NCBI RefSeq assembly: GCF_009914755.1
Contig: NC_060933.1
DNA: 64,000 bases
Source: the human T2T-CHM13v2.0 reference genome, Homo sapiens
Reading direction: 5' to 3' (one strand)
Below, one piece after another: positions 40,680 to 55,190 of this stretch (position 1 is its first letter; every line of letters starts with the position of its first letter). The position numbers and the translations under genes were made by a program. The notes beneath the pieces are model-generated. The model saw only the letters and a program-made list of their open reading frames with translations, did not search any database and had not been told where the DNA came from.

Positions 40680-43600
40680 CATTCCATACCATTCCATTCT
40701 ATTCCATTCCATTCCATTCCATTTCGTTCCATTCCGTTCCATTACATTCCATTCCATTCTATTCGGGTTAATTCCATTCTATTCCATTCCATTCCATTCC
40801 ATTCCATTCCAATCTATTCCATTCCATTGCAATCGAGTTGAATCCATTGCATTTCATTCCATTCCATTCCATTCCATTCCATTGCAATCGAGTTGAATCC
40901 ATTGCATTTCATTCCATTCCATTCCATTCCATTCCATTCCGGAAGATTCCATTCCATTGCATTCCATTCCATTCCATTCCCCTGCACTCGCGTTGATTCC
41001 ATTCCATTCCATTCCATTCCATTCCATTCCATTCCGTTCCGTTCCCTTCCGTTCCATTTCATTCCATTCCATTCCATTCCATTCCATTCTATTACAATCG
41101 AGTTGATTCCATTCCATTCCATTCCATTCCATTCCAGTCCTTTCCATTCCATTCCACTCGGGTTGATTCCATTCTATTAGTTTCCATTCCATTCCATTCC
41201 CTTCCATTCCACTCTGGTTGATTCCATTCCTTTCCATTCCACTCGAATACATTCCCTCCTATTGCACTTGGAACGATTCCATTCCATTCCATTCCATTCC
41301 ATTCCATTCCATTCCATTCCATTTCCTTCCATTCCATTCTATTCCGTACCATTCCATTCCATTCCATTCCTTTCCATTCCATTCCATTCCATTCCACTCT
41401 TGTTGATTCAATTCCTTTCCATTCCATTCGGTTTGAAGGCATTCCATTCCATTCAATTCCATTCCATTCCATTCCATTCCATTCCATTCCATTGTACTCG
41501 GGTTGATTCCATTCCATTGCATTCCATTCCATTCCATTCCATTCCATTCCGTTGCATTCCATTCCATTACATTCGGACTGATTCTATTCAACTCTCTTAC
41601 TCTCCATTCCATTCCATTCCATTCGGGTTGTTCCATTCCATTCCATTCCATTCCACTCCATTCCATTGCACTCGTGTTGATTCCATTCCATTCCATTCCG
41701 TACCATTCCATTCCATTCCATTCCATTCCATTCCATTCCATTCCATTCCGTTCCATTCCGTTCCATTCCATTCCATTCCATTCTATTCGGGTTAATTCCA
41801 TTCCATTCCATTCCATTCCATTCCATTCCATTCCATTCCATTGCAATCGAGTTGATTCCATTCCATTCCATTCCATTCCGTTCCGGATGATTCCATTCCA
41901 TTGCATTCCGATCCATTACATTCCCCTGCACTCGGGTTGATACCATTCCATTCCATTCCATTCCATTCCATTCCGGATGATTCCATTCCATTGCATTCCA
42001 TTCCATTCCATTCCCCTGCACTCGGGTTGATTCCATTCCATTCCATTCCATTCCATTCCATTCCATTCCGTTCCATTCCATTCCATTCCATTCTATTCTG
42101 GTTAATTCCATTCTATTCCTTTCGATTCCATTCCATTCCATTCCATTCCATTGCAATCGAGTTGATTCCATTCCATTCCATTCCATTCCGTTCCGGATGA
42201 TTCCATTCCATTCCATTCCATTCCATTCCATTCCATTCCCCTGCAGTTGGGTTGATTCCATTCCATTCCATTCCATTCCATTCCATTCCATTCCATTCCA
42301 TTCCGTTCCATTCCATTCCATTCCATTCTATTAGGGTTAATTCCATTCCATTCCATTCCATTCCATTCCATTCCATTCCAATCGAGTTGATTCCATTCCA
42401 TTCCATTCCATTCCATTCCACTCCATTCCAGTCCTTTCCATTCCATTACACTCGGGTTGATTCCATTCTATTCCTTTCCATTCCATTCCATTCCATTGCA
42501 ATCGTGTTGATTCCATTGCTTTGCATTCCATTCCATTCCATTCCATTCCGGATGATTCCATTCCATTGCATTCCTTTCCATTCCATTCCCTTGCACTCGG
42601 GTTGGTTCCATTCCATTCCACTCCATTCCGTTCCATTCCATTTCATTCCATTCCATTGTATTCGGGTTAATTCCATTCCATTCCATTCCATTCCATTCCA
42701 TTCCATTCCATTCCAATCGAGTTGATTCCATTCCATTCCATTCCATTCCATTCCATTCCATTCCTTTCCATTCCATTCCACTCGGGTTAATTCCATTCTA
42801 TTCATTTCCATTCCATTCCATTCCATTGCAATCGAGTTGATTCCATTGTTTTGCATTACATTCCATTCCATTCAATTCCGGATGATTCCATTCCATTGCA
42901 TTCCGTTAAATTACATTCCCCTGCATTCGGGTTGATACCACTCCATTCCATTCCGTTCCATTCCATTCTGGATGATTCCATTCCATTGCATTCCATTCCA
43001 TTCCATTCCCCTGCACTCGGGTTGATTACATTCCATTTCCTTCCCTTCCATTCCTTTCAATTCCATTCCATTCCATTCTATTCGGGTGAATTCCATTCCA
43101 TTCCATTCCATTCCATTCCATTCCATTCCATTCCATTGCAATCGAGTTGATTCCATTCCATTCCATTCCATTCCGTTCCGGATGATTCCATTCCATTCCA
43201 TTCTATTCCATTCTATTCCATTCCATTCCGTTCCATTCCATTCCATTCCATTCTATTCGGGTTAATTCCATTCCATTCCATTCCATTCCATTCCATTCCA
43301 ATCGAGTTGATTCCATTCCATTCCATTCCATTCCATTCCACTCCATTCCAGTCCTTTCCATTCCATTACACTCGGGTTGATTCCATACTATTCCTTCCCA
43401 TTCCATTCAATTCCATTGCAATCGAGTTGATTCCATTGCTTTGCATTCCATTCCATTCCATTCCATTCCGGATGATTCCATTCCATTGCATTCCATTCCA
43501 TTCCATTCCCCTGCACTCGGGTTGATTCCATTCCATTCCACTCCATTCCATTCCATTCCATTCCATTCCATTTTATTCGGGTTAATTCCATTCCATTCCA

Positions 43601-46600
43601 TTCCATTCCATTCCATTCCATTCCATTCCATTCCATTCCATTACAATCGAGTTGATTCCATTCCATTCCATTCCATTCCATTCCATTCCATTCCATTCCA
43701 GTCCTTTCCATTCCATTCCACTCGGGTTGATTCCATTCTATTAGTTTCCATTCCATTCCATTCCCTTCCATGCCACTCTGGTTGATTCCATTCCTTTCCA
43801 TTCCACTCGAATACATTCCCTCCTATTCCACTCGGAACGATTCCATTTCATTCCATTCCATTCCATTCCATTCCATTCCAGTTCGTTCCATTCCATTCTA
43901 TTGCGTACCATTCCATTCCATTCCATTCCTTTCCATTCCATTCTTTTCCACTCGTGTTGATTCCATTCCTTTCCATTCCATTCGGTTTGAAGGCATTCCA
44001 TTCCATTCAATTCCATTCCATTCCATTCCATTCAGTTCCGTTCCATTCCATTCCATTCCGTTCTATTCGGGTTAATTCCATTCCATTCCATTCGATTGCC
44101 ATTGAGTTGATTCCATTCCATTCCATTCCATTCCATTCCATTCCATTCCATTCCATTCCATTCCATTGCAATCGAGTTGTTTCCATTCCATTCCTTTCCA
44201 TTCCATTCCATTGCCTTGCATTCCACTCGGGTTGATTCCATTCCCTTCTTTCCACTCCATTACATTCCCTTCCATTCCACTCGGAATGATTGATTCCATT
44301 CCATTCCATTCCATTTCATTCCATTGCAATCCATTCCAATCCATTCCATTCCATTCCATTCCACTCGAGTTGACTTCATTCCATTCCTTTCCATTCCATT
44401 CCATTCCTTTCCACTCGAGTTGATACCATTCCATTCCAATCCATTGCATTCCATTCCATGCCATTCCACTCGGGTTGATTCCATTCCTTTGCATTCCATT
44501 CCATTCCATTCCATTGCATTCCATTCCATTCCATTCCGTTGCATTCCATTCCATTACATTCGGATTGATTCTATTCAACTCCCTTACTCTCCATTACATT
44601 CCATTCCATTCGGGTTGTTCCATTCCATTCCATTCCATTCCACTCCATTCCATTGCGCTCGGGTTGATTCCATTCCATTCCATTCCATTCCATTCCATTC
44701 CGGATGATTCCATTCCATTGCATTCCGTTCCATTACATTCCCCTGCACTCGCGTTGATTCCATTCCATTCCAATCCATTCCATTCCACTCGTGTTGATTC
44801 CATTCTTTCCATTCCATTCAAGTTGAATCCATTCCATTGCATTCCATTCCATTTGATTCCATTCAATTGCACTCGGGTTGATTCCATTACATTGCATTCC
44901 ATTCCATTCCATTCCATTCCATTCCATTCCATTCCATTCCGTTCCATTCCATTCCATTACATTCGGATTGATTCTATTCAATTCCCTTACACTCCATTAC
45001 ATTCCATTCCATTCGGGTAGTTTCCATTCCGTTCCATTCCATTCCTCTCCATTCCATTGCTCTCGGGTTGATTCCATTCCATTGCATTCCATTCCATTCC
45101 ATTCAATTCCATTCCGTTCCATTCCATTCTATTACATTCGGATTGATTCTATTCAACTCCCTTACTCTCCATTACATTCCGTTCCATTCGGGTTGTTCCA
45201 TTCCATTCCATTCCATTCCACTCCATTCCACTGCACTCGGGTTGATTCCATTCCATTCCATTCCATTCCATTCCATTCCGGAAGATTCCATTCCATTGCA
45301 TTCCATTCCATTCCATTCCCCTGCACTCGCGTTGATTCCATTCCATTCCATTCTATTCCATTCCATTCCCTTCCTTTCCGTTCCATTCCATTCCATTCCA
45401 TTCCATTCCGTTCCGTTCCGTTCCATTCCATTCCATTCCATTCTATTTGGGTTAATTCCATTCCATTCCATTCGATTGCAATCGAGTTGATTCTATTCCA
45501 TTCCATTCCATTCCATTCCATTCCATTCCTTTCCATTCCATTACGGATGATTCCATTCCATTGCATTCCATTCCATTCCATTCCCCTGTACTCGGGTTGA
45601 CTCCATTCCATTCCATACCAATCCATGCCATTCCACTCGTGTTGATTCCATTCTTTCCATTCCATTCAAGTTGAATCCATTCCATTGCATTCCATTCCAT
45701 TCCATTCCCCTGCAGTCTGGTTGATTCCATTCCATTCCATTCCATTCCATTCCATTCCTTTCCGTTCCGTTCCGTTCCATTCCATTCCATTCCATTCTAT
45801 TCGGGTTAATTCCATTCCATTCCATTCCATTCCATTCCATTCCAATCGAGTTGATTCCATTCCATTCCATTCCATTCCATTCCACTCCATTCCAGTTCTT
45901 TCCATTCCATTCCACTCGGGTTGATTCCAATGTATTCCTTTCCATTCCATTCCATTCCATTGCAATCGAGTTGATTCCATTGCTTTGCATTCCATTCCAT
46001 TCCATTCCATTCCGGATGACTCCATTCCATTGCATTCCATTCCATTGCATTCCCCAGCACTTGGGTTGATTCCATTCCATTCCACTCCATTCCGTTGCAT
46101 TCCATTCCATTCCATTGTATTCGGGTTAATTCCATTCCATTCCATTCCATTCCATTCCATTCCATTCCATTACAATCGAGTTGATTCCATTCCATTCCAT
46201 TCCATTCCATTCCATTCCAGTCCTTTCCATTCCATTCCACTTGGGTTGATTCCATTCTATTAGTTTCCATTCCATTCCGTTCCCTTCCATTCCACTCTGG
46301 TTGATTCCATTCCTTTCCATTCCACTCGAATACATTCCCTCCTATTCCACTCGGAACGATTCCATTCCATTCCATTCCATTCCATTCCATTCCATTCTAT
46401 TCCATTCCATTCCATTTCGTTCCATTACATTCTATTCCGTATCATTCCATTCCATTCCATTCCATTCCATTCCATTCCATTCCATTCCATTCCACTCGTG
46501 TTGATTCCATTCCTTTCCATTCCATTCGGTTTGAAGGCATTCCATTCCATTCCATTCCATTCCATTCCATTCCATTCCTTTCCATTGTACTCGGGTTGAT

Positions 46601-46950
46601 TCCATTCCATTGCATTCCATCCCATTCCATTCCATTCCAATCCGTATGATTCCATTCCATTGCATTCGGATTGATTCTATTCAACTCCCTTACTCTCCAT
46701 TACATTCCATTCCATCGGGTTGTTCCATTCCATCCCATTCCATTCCACTCCATTCCATTGCACTCGGGTTGATTCCATTCCTTTCCATTCCATTCCATTC
46801 CATTCCGTATGATTCCATTCCATTGCATTCCATTCCATTACATTCCCCTGCACTCGCGTTGATTCCACTCCATTCCATTCCATTCCATTCCATTCAATTC
46901 CATTCCATTACAATTCGTTCCATTCCATTCTATTCCGTACCATTCCATTC
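40680..46950 (+). repeat. Higher-order super-unit copy 1 (~6.27 kb)
   Basis: Markers: doubled GCAATCGAGTTGAATCC 55 bp apart (~40829), ATTGCACTTGGAACG (41261), CCGTTAAAT (42903), GGGTGAATTC (EcoRI 43088), CGATTGCCATTG (~44093), GGAATGATTG (44283), CCCCAGCACTTGGG (46052). Confidence 0.85.
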
Positions 46951-49900
46951 CATTCCATACCATTCCATTCTATTCCATTCCATTCCATTCCATTTCGTTC
47001 CATTCCGTTCCATTACATTCCATTCCATTCTATTCGGGTTAATTCCATTCTATTCCATTCCATTCCATTCCATTCCATTCCAATCTATTCCATTCCATTG
47101 CAATCGAGTTGAATCCATTGCATTTCATTCCATTCCATTCCATTCCATTCCATTGCAATCGAGTTGAATCCATTGCATTTCATTCCATTCCATTCCATTC
47201 CATTCCATTCCGGAAGATTCCATTCCATTGCATTCCATTCCATTCCATTCCCCTGCACTCGCGTTGATTCCATTCCATTCCATTCCATTCCATTCCATTC
47301 CGTTCCGTTCCGTTCCGTTCCATTTCATTCCATTCCATTCCATTCCTTTCCATTCTATTACAATCGAGTTGATTCCATTCCATTCCATTCCATTCCATTC
47401 CATTCCATTCCAGTCCTTTCCATTCCATTCCACTCGGGTTGATTCCATTCTATTAGTTTCCATTCCATTCCATTCCCTTCCATTCCACTCTGGTTGATTC
47501 CATTCCTTTCCATTCCACTCGAATACATTCCCTCCTATTGCACTTGGAACGATTCCATTCCATTCCATTCCATTCCATTCCATTCCATTCCATTTCCTTC
47601 CATTCCATTCTATTCCGTACCATTCCATTCCATTCCATTCCTTTCCATTCCATTCCATTCCATTCCACTCTTGTTGATTCAATTCCTTTCCATTCCATTC
47701 GGTTTGAAGGCATTCCATTCCATTCAATTCCATTCCATTCCATTCCATTCCATTCCATTCCATTGTACTCGGGTTGATTCCATTCCATTGCATTCCATTC
47801 CATTCCATTCCATTCCATTCCGTTGCATTCCATTCCATTACATTCGGACTGATTCTATTCAACTCTCTTACTCTCCATTCCATTCCATTCCATTCGGGTT
47901 GTTCCATTCCATTCCATTCCATTCCACTCCATTCCATTGCACTCGTGTTGATTCCATTCCATTCCATTCCGTACCATTCCATTCCATTCCATTCCATTCC
48001 ATTCCATTCCGTTCCATTCCGTTCCATTCCATTCCATTCCATTCTATTCGGGTTAATTCCATTCCATTCCATTCCATTCCATTCCATTCCATTCCATTCC
48101 ATTCCATTGCAATCGAGTTGATTCCATTCCATTCCATTCCATTCCGTTCCGGATGATTCCATTCCATTGCATTCCGATCCATTACATTCCCCTGCACTCG
48201 GGTTGATACCATTCCATTCCATTCTATTCCATTCCATTCCGGATGATTCCATTCCATTGCATTCCATTCCATTCCATTCCCCTGCACTCGGGTTGATTCC
48301 ATTCCATTCCATTCCATTCCATTCCATTCCATTCCGTTCCATTCCATTCCATTCCATTCCATTCTATTCTGGTTAATTCCATTCCATTCCTTTCGATTCC
48401 ATTCCATTCCATTCCATTCCATTGCAATCGAGTTGATTCCATTCCATTCCATTCCATTCCGTTCCGGATGATTCCATTCCATTCCATTCCATTCCATTCC
48501 CCTGCAGTTGGGTTGATACCATTCCATTCCATTCCATTCCATTCCATTCCATTCCATTCCATTCCATTCCATTCCGTTCCATTCCATTCCATTCCATTCT
48601 ATTAGGGTTAATTCCATTCCATTCCATTCCATTCCATTCCATTCTATTCCATTCCAATCGAGTTGATTCCATTCCATTCCATTCCATTCCATTCCACTCC
48701 ATTCCAGTCCTTTCCATTCCATTACACTCGGGTTGATTCCATTCTATTCCTTTCCATTCCATTCCATTCCATTGCAATCGTGTTGATTCCATTGCTTTGC
48801 ATTCCATTCCATTCCATTCCATTCCGGATGATTCCATTCCATTGCATTCCTTTCCATTCCATTCCCTTCCACTCGGGTTGGTTCCATTCCATTCCACTCC
48901 ATTCCGTTCCATTCCATTTCATTCCATTCCATTGTATTCGGGTTAATTCCATTCCATTCCATTCCATTCCATTCCATTCCATTCCAATCGAGTTGATTCC
49001 ATTCCATTCCATTCCATTCCATTCCATTCCATTCCTTTCCATTCCATTCCACTCGGGTTAATTCCATTCTATTCATTTCCATTCCATTCCATTCCATTGC
49101 AATCGAGTTGATTCCATTGTTTTGCATTCCATTCCATTCCATTCAATTCCGGATGATTCCATTCCATTGCATTCCGTTAAATCACATTCCCCTGCATTCG
49201 GGTTGATACCACTCCATTCCATTCCGTTCCATTCCATTCCGGATGATTCCATTCCATTGCATTCCATTCCATTCCATTCCCCTGCACTCGGGTTGATTAC
49301 ATTCCATTTCCTTCCCTTCCATTCCTTTCAATTCCATTCCATTCCATTGTATTCGGGTGAATTCCATTCCATTCCATTCCATTCCATTCCATTCCATTCC
49401 ATTCCATTCCATTGCAATCGAGTTGATTCCATTCCATTCCATTCCATTCCGTTCCGGATGATTCCATTCCATTCCATTCTATTCCATTCTATTCCATTCC
49501 ATTCCGTTCCATTCCATTCCATTCCATTCCATTCTATTCGGGTTAATTCCATTCCATTCCATTCCATTCCATTCCATTCCATTCCATTCCAATCGAGTTG
49601 ATTCCATTCCATTCCATTCCATTCCATTCCACTCCATTCCAGTCCTTTCCATTCCATTACACTCGGGTTGATTCCATACTATTCCTTCCCATTCCATTCA
49701 ATTCCATTCCAATCGAGTTGATTCCATTGCTTTGCATTCCATTCCATTCCATTCCATTCCGGATGATTCCATTCCATTGCATTCCATTCCATTCCATTCC
49801 CCTGCACTCGGGTTGATTCCATTCCATTCCACTCCATTCCATTCCATTCCATTCCATTCCATTTTATTCGGGTTAATTCCATTCCATTCCATTCCATTCC

Positions 49901-52900
49901 ATTCCATTCCATTCCATTCCATTCCAATCGAGTTGATTCCATTCCATTCCATTCCATTCCATTCCATTCCATTCCAGTCCTTTCCATTCCATTCCACTCG
50001 GGTTGATTCCATTCTATTAGTTTCCATTCCATTCCATTCCCTTCCATTCCACTCTGGTTGATTCCATTCCTTTCCATTCCACTCGAATACATTCCCTCCT
50101 ATTCCACTCGGAACGATTCCATTTCATTCCATTCCATTCCATTCCATTCCATTCCAGTTCGTTCCATTCCATTCTATTCCGTACCATTCCATTCCACTCC
50201 ATTCCTTTCCATTCCATTCTTTTCCACTCGTGTTGATTCCATTCCTTTCCATTCCATTCGGTTTGAAGGCATTCCATTCCATTCAATTCCATTCCATTCC
50301 ATTCCATTCAGTTCCGTTCCATTCCATTCCATTCCGTTCTATTCGGGTTAATTCCATTCCGTTCCATTCGATTGCCATTGAGTTGATTCCATTCCATTCC
50401 ATTCCATTCCATTCCATTCCATTCCATTCCTTTCCATTCCATTACGGATGACTCCATTCCATTGCATTCCATTCCATTCCATTCCCCTGTACTCGGGTTG
50501 ATTCCATTCCATTCCATTCCACTCCATTCGGTTCCGTTGCATTCCATTCTATTGCATTCCATTCTATTCGGGTTAATTCCATTCCATTCTATTCCATTCC
50601 ATTCCATTCCATTCCATTGCAATGGAGTTGATTCCATTCCATTCCATTCCATTCCGGATGATTCCATTCCATTGCATTCCATTCCATTCCATTCCCCTGC
50701 ACTCGTGTTGATTGCATTCCATTCCATTCCATTCCATTCCGTTCCATTCCATTCCATTCCATTCTATTCCGGTTAATTCCATTCCATTCCATTCCATTCC
50801 ATTGCAATCGAGTTGTTTCCATTCCATTCCTTTCCATTCCATTCCATTGCCTTGCATTCCACTCGGGTTGATTCCATTCCCTTCTTTCCACTCCATTACA
50901 TTACCTTCCATTCCACTCGGAATGATTGATTCCATTCCATTCCATTCCATTTCATTCCATTGCAATCCATTCCAATCCATTCCATTCCATTCCATTCCAC
51001 TCGAGTTGACTTCATTCCATTCCTTTCCATTCCATTCCATTCCTTTCCACTCGAGTTGATTCCATTCCATTCCAATCCATTGCATTCCATTCCATGCCAT
51101 TCCACTCGGGTTGATTCCATTCCTTTGCATTCCATTCCATTCCATTCCATTGCATTCCATTCCATTCCATTCCGTTGCATTCCATTCCATTACATTCGGA
51201 TTGATTCTATTCAACTCCCTTACTCTCCATTACATTCCATTCCATTCGGGTTGTTCCATTCCATTCCATTCCATTCCACTCCATTCCATTGCGCTCGGGT
51301 TGATTCCATTCCATTCCATTCCTTTCCATTCCATTCCGGATGATTCCATTCCATTGCATTCCGTTCCATTACATTCCCCTGCACTCGCGTTGATTCCATT
51401 CCATTCCATTCCATTCCATTCAATTCCATTCCATTACAATTCGTTCCATTCCATTCTATTCCGTACCATTCCATTCCATTCCATACCATTCCATTCCATT
51501 CCATTCCATTCCATTCCATTCCTTTCCGTTCCATTCCATTCCATTCCATTCCATTCCATTCCGTTCCGTTCCATTCCATTCCATTCCATTCCATTCTATT
51601 CGGGTTAATTGCATTCCATTCCATTCGATTGCAATCGAGATGATTCCATTCCATTCCATTCCATTCCATTCCATTCCATTCCATTCCATTCCATTCCATT
51701 GCACACGGGTTCATTCTATTCCATTCCATTCCATTCCATTCCATTCCATTCCATTCCATTTCATTCCATTCCATTCTATTCCGTAGCATTCCATTCCATC
51801 CCATTCCATTCCGTTCCATTCCATGCCATTACACTCGGTTTGATTCCATTCCTTTCCATTGCATTCTTGTTGAATCCATTCCATTCCATTCCATTCCATT
51901 CGAATCCATTCCATTGCACTCGGGTTGATTCCATTCCATTCCATTCCATTCCATTCCATTTCATTCCATTCCATTCCATTATATTCGGATTGATTCTATT
52001 GAATTCCCTTACACTCCATTACATTCCATTCCATTCGGGATGTTTCCATTCCATTCCATTCCGTTCCACTCCATTCCATTGCATCAGGTTGATTGCATTC
52101 CATTCCATTCCATTCCATTCCATTCCGGATGATTCCATTCCATTGCATTCCATTCCATTCCATTCCCCTGCACTCGGGTTGATTCCATTCCATTCCATTC
52201 CATTCCATTCCATTCCGTTCCATTCCGTTCCATTCCATTCCATTCCATTCCATTCCATTCCGTTCCGTTCCATTCCATTCCATTCCATTCTATTCGGGTT
52301 AATTCCATTCCATTCCATTCGAATGTCATCGAGTTGATTCCATTCCATTCCATTCCATTCCATTCCATTCCTTTCCATTCCATTACGGATGACTCCATTC
52401 CATTGCTTTCCATTCCATTCCATTCCCCTGTATTCGGGTTGATTCCATTCCATTCCATTCCACTCCATTCGGTTCCGTTGCATTCCATTCTATTGCATTC
52501 CATTCTATTCGGGTTAATTCCATTCCATTCTATTCCATTCCATTCCATTCCATTCCATTGCAATGGAGTTTATTCCATTGCATTCCATTCCATTCCGGAT
52601 GATTCCATTCCATTGCATTCCATTGCATTCCATTCCCCTGCACTCGTGTTGATTCCATTCCCTTCCATTCCATTCCATTCCGTTCTTTTCCATTCCATTC
52701 CATTCTATTCCAGTTAATTCCATTCCATTCCATTCCATTCCATTTCATTCCATTCCATTCCATTGCAATCGAGTTGATTCCATTCCATTCCTTTCCATTC
52801 CATTCCATTGCCTTGCATTCCACTCGGGTTGATTCCATTCCCTTCTTTCCACTCCATTACATTCCCTTCCATTCCACTCGGAATGATTGATTCCATTCCA

Positions 52901-55190
52901 TTCCATTCCATTTCATTCCATTGCAATCCATTCCAATCCATTCCATTCCTTTCCATTCCACTCGAGTTGACTTCATTCCATTCCTTTCCATTCCATTCCA
53001 TTCCTTTCCACTCGAGTTGATTCCAATCCATTCCAATCCATTGCAATCCATTCCATGCCATTCCACTCGGGTTGATTCCATTCCTTTGCATTCCATTCCA
53101 TACCATTCCATTGCATTCCATTCCATTCCATTCCGTTGCATTCCATTCCATTACATTCGGATTGATTCTATTCAACTCCCTTACTCTCCATTACATTCCA
53201 TTCCATTCGGGTTGTTCCATTCCATTCCATTCCATTCGACTCCATTCCATTGCACTCGGGTTGATTCCATTCCATTCCATTCCATTCCATTCCGGATGAT
53301 TCCATTCCATTGCATTCCGTTCCATTACATTCCCCTGCACTCGGGTTGATACCATTCCATTCCATTCCATTCCATTCCATTCCATTCCATTCCGGATGAT
53401 TCCATTCCATTGCATTCCATTCCGTTCCATTCCCCTGCACTTGGGTTGATTCCATTCCATTCCATTCCATTCCGTTCCATTCCATTCCATTCCATTCTAT
53501 TCTGGTTAATTCCATTCCATTCCTTTCGATTCCATTCCATTCCATTCCATTCCATTGCAATCGAGTTGATTCAATTCCATTCCATTCCATTCCGTTCCGG
53601 ATGATTCCATTCCATTCCATTCCATTCCATTCCATTCCATTCCCCTGCAGTTGGATTGATTCCATTCCATTCCATTCCATTCCATTCCATTCCATTCCGT
53701 TCCATTCCATTCCATTCCATTCTATTCTGGTTAATTCCATTCCATTCCATTCCATTCCATTCCATTCCATTCCAATCGAGTTGATTCCATTCCATTCCAT
53801 TCCATTCCATTCCACTCCATTCCAGTCCTTTCCATTCCATTACACTCGGGTTGATTCCATTCTATTCCTTTCCATTCCATTCCATTCCATTGCAATCGAG
53901 TTGATTCCATTGCTTTGCATTCCATTCCATTCCATTCCATTCCGGATGATTCCATTCCATTGCATTCCTTCCCATTCCATTCCCTTGCACTCGGGTTGAT
54001 TCCATTCCATTCCACTCCATTCCGTTCCATTCCATTTCATTCCATTCCATTGTATTCGGGTTAATTCCATTCCATTCCATTCCATTCCATTCCATTCCAT
54101 TCCATCCCAATCGAGTTGATTCCATTCCATTCCATTCCATTCCGTTCCATTCCATTCCAGTCCTTTCCATTCCATTCCACTCGGGTTGATTCCATTCTAT
54201 TCATTTCCATTCCATTCCATTCCATTGCAATCGAGTTGATTCCATTGCTTTGCATTCCATTCCATTCCATTCCATTCCGGATGACTCCATTCCATTGCAT
54301 TCCATTCCATTGCATTCCCCAGCACTTGGGTTGATTCCATTCCATTCCACTCCATTCCGTTGCATTCCATTCCATTCCATTGTATTCGGGTTAATTCCAT
54401 TCCATTCCATTCCATTCCATTCCATTCCATTACAATCGAGTTGATTCCATTCCATTCCATTCCATTCCATTCCATTCCAGTCCTTTCCATTCCATTCCAC
54501 TTGGGTTGATTCCATTCTATTAGTTTCCATTCCATTCCGTTCCCTTCCATTCCACTCTGGTTGATTCCATTCCTTTCCATTCCACTCGAATACATTCCCT
54601 CCTATTCCACTCGGAACGATTCCATTCCATTCCATTCCATTCCATTCCATTCCATTCCATTCCAATTCGTTCCATTACATTCTATTCCGTATCATTCCAT
54701 TCCATTCCATTCCATTCCATTCCACTCGTGTTGATTCCATTCCTTTCCATTCCATTCGGTTTGAAGGCATTCCATTCCATTCCATTCCATTCCATTCCAT
54801 TCCATTCCATTCCATTCCATTCCATTGTACTCGGGTTGATTCCATTCCATTGCATTCCATCCCATTCCATTCCATTCCAATCCGGATGATTCCATTCCAT
54901 TGCATTCGGATTGATTCTATTCAACTCCCTTACTCTCCATTACATTCCATTCCATCGGGTTGTTCCATTCCATTCCATTCCATTCCACTCCATTCCATTG
55001 CACTCGGGTTGATTCCATTCCTTTCCAATCCATTCCATTCCATTCCGTATGATTCCATTCCATTGCATTCCATTCCATTACATTCCCCTGCACTCGCGTT
55101 GATTCCACTCCATTCCATTCCATTCCATTCCATTCAATTCCATTCCATTACAATTCGTTCCATTCCATTCTATTCCGTACCATTCCATTC
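46951..55190 (+). repeat. Higher-order super-unit copy 2 (~8.24 kb)
   Basis: Same markers at ~47100, 47537, 49174, 49359, ~50369, 50919 and 54317. An extra segment carries GCACACGGGTTC (51701) and GCATCAGGTTG (52081). Confidence 0.88.
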
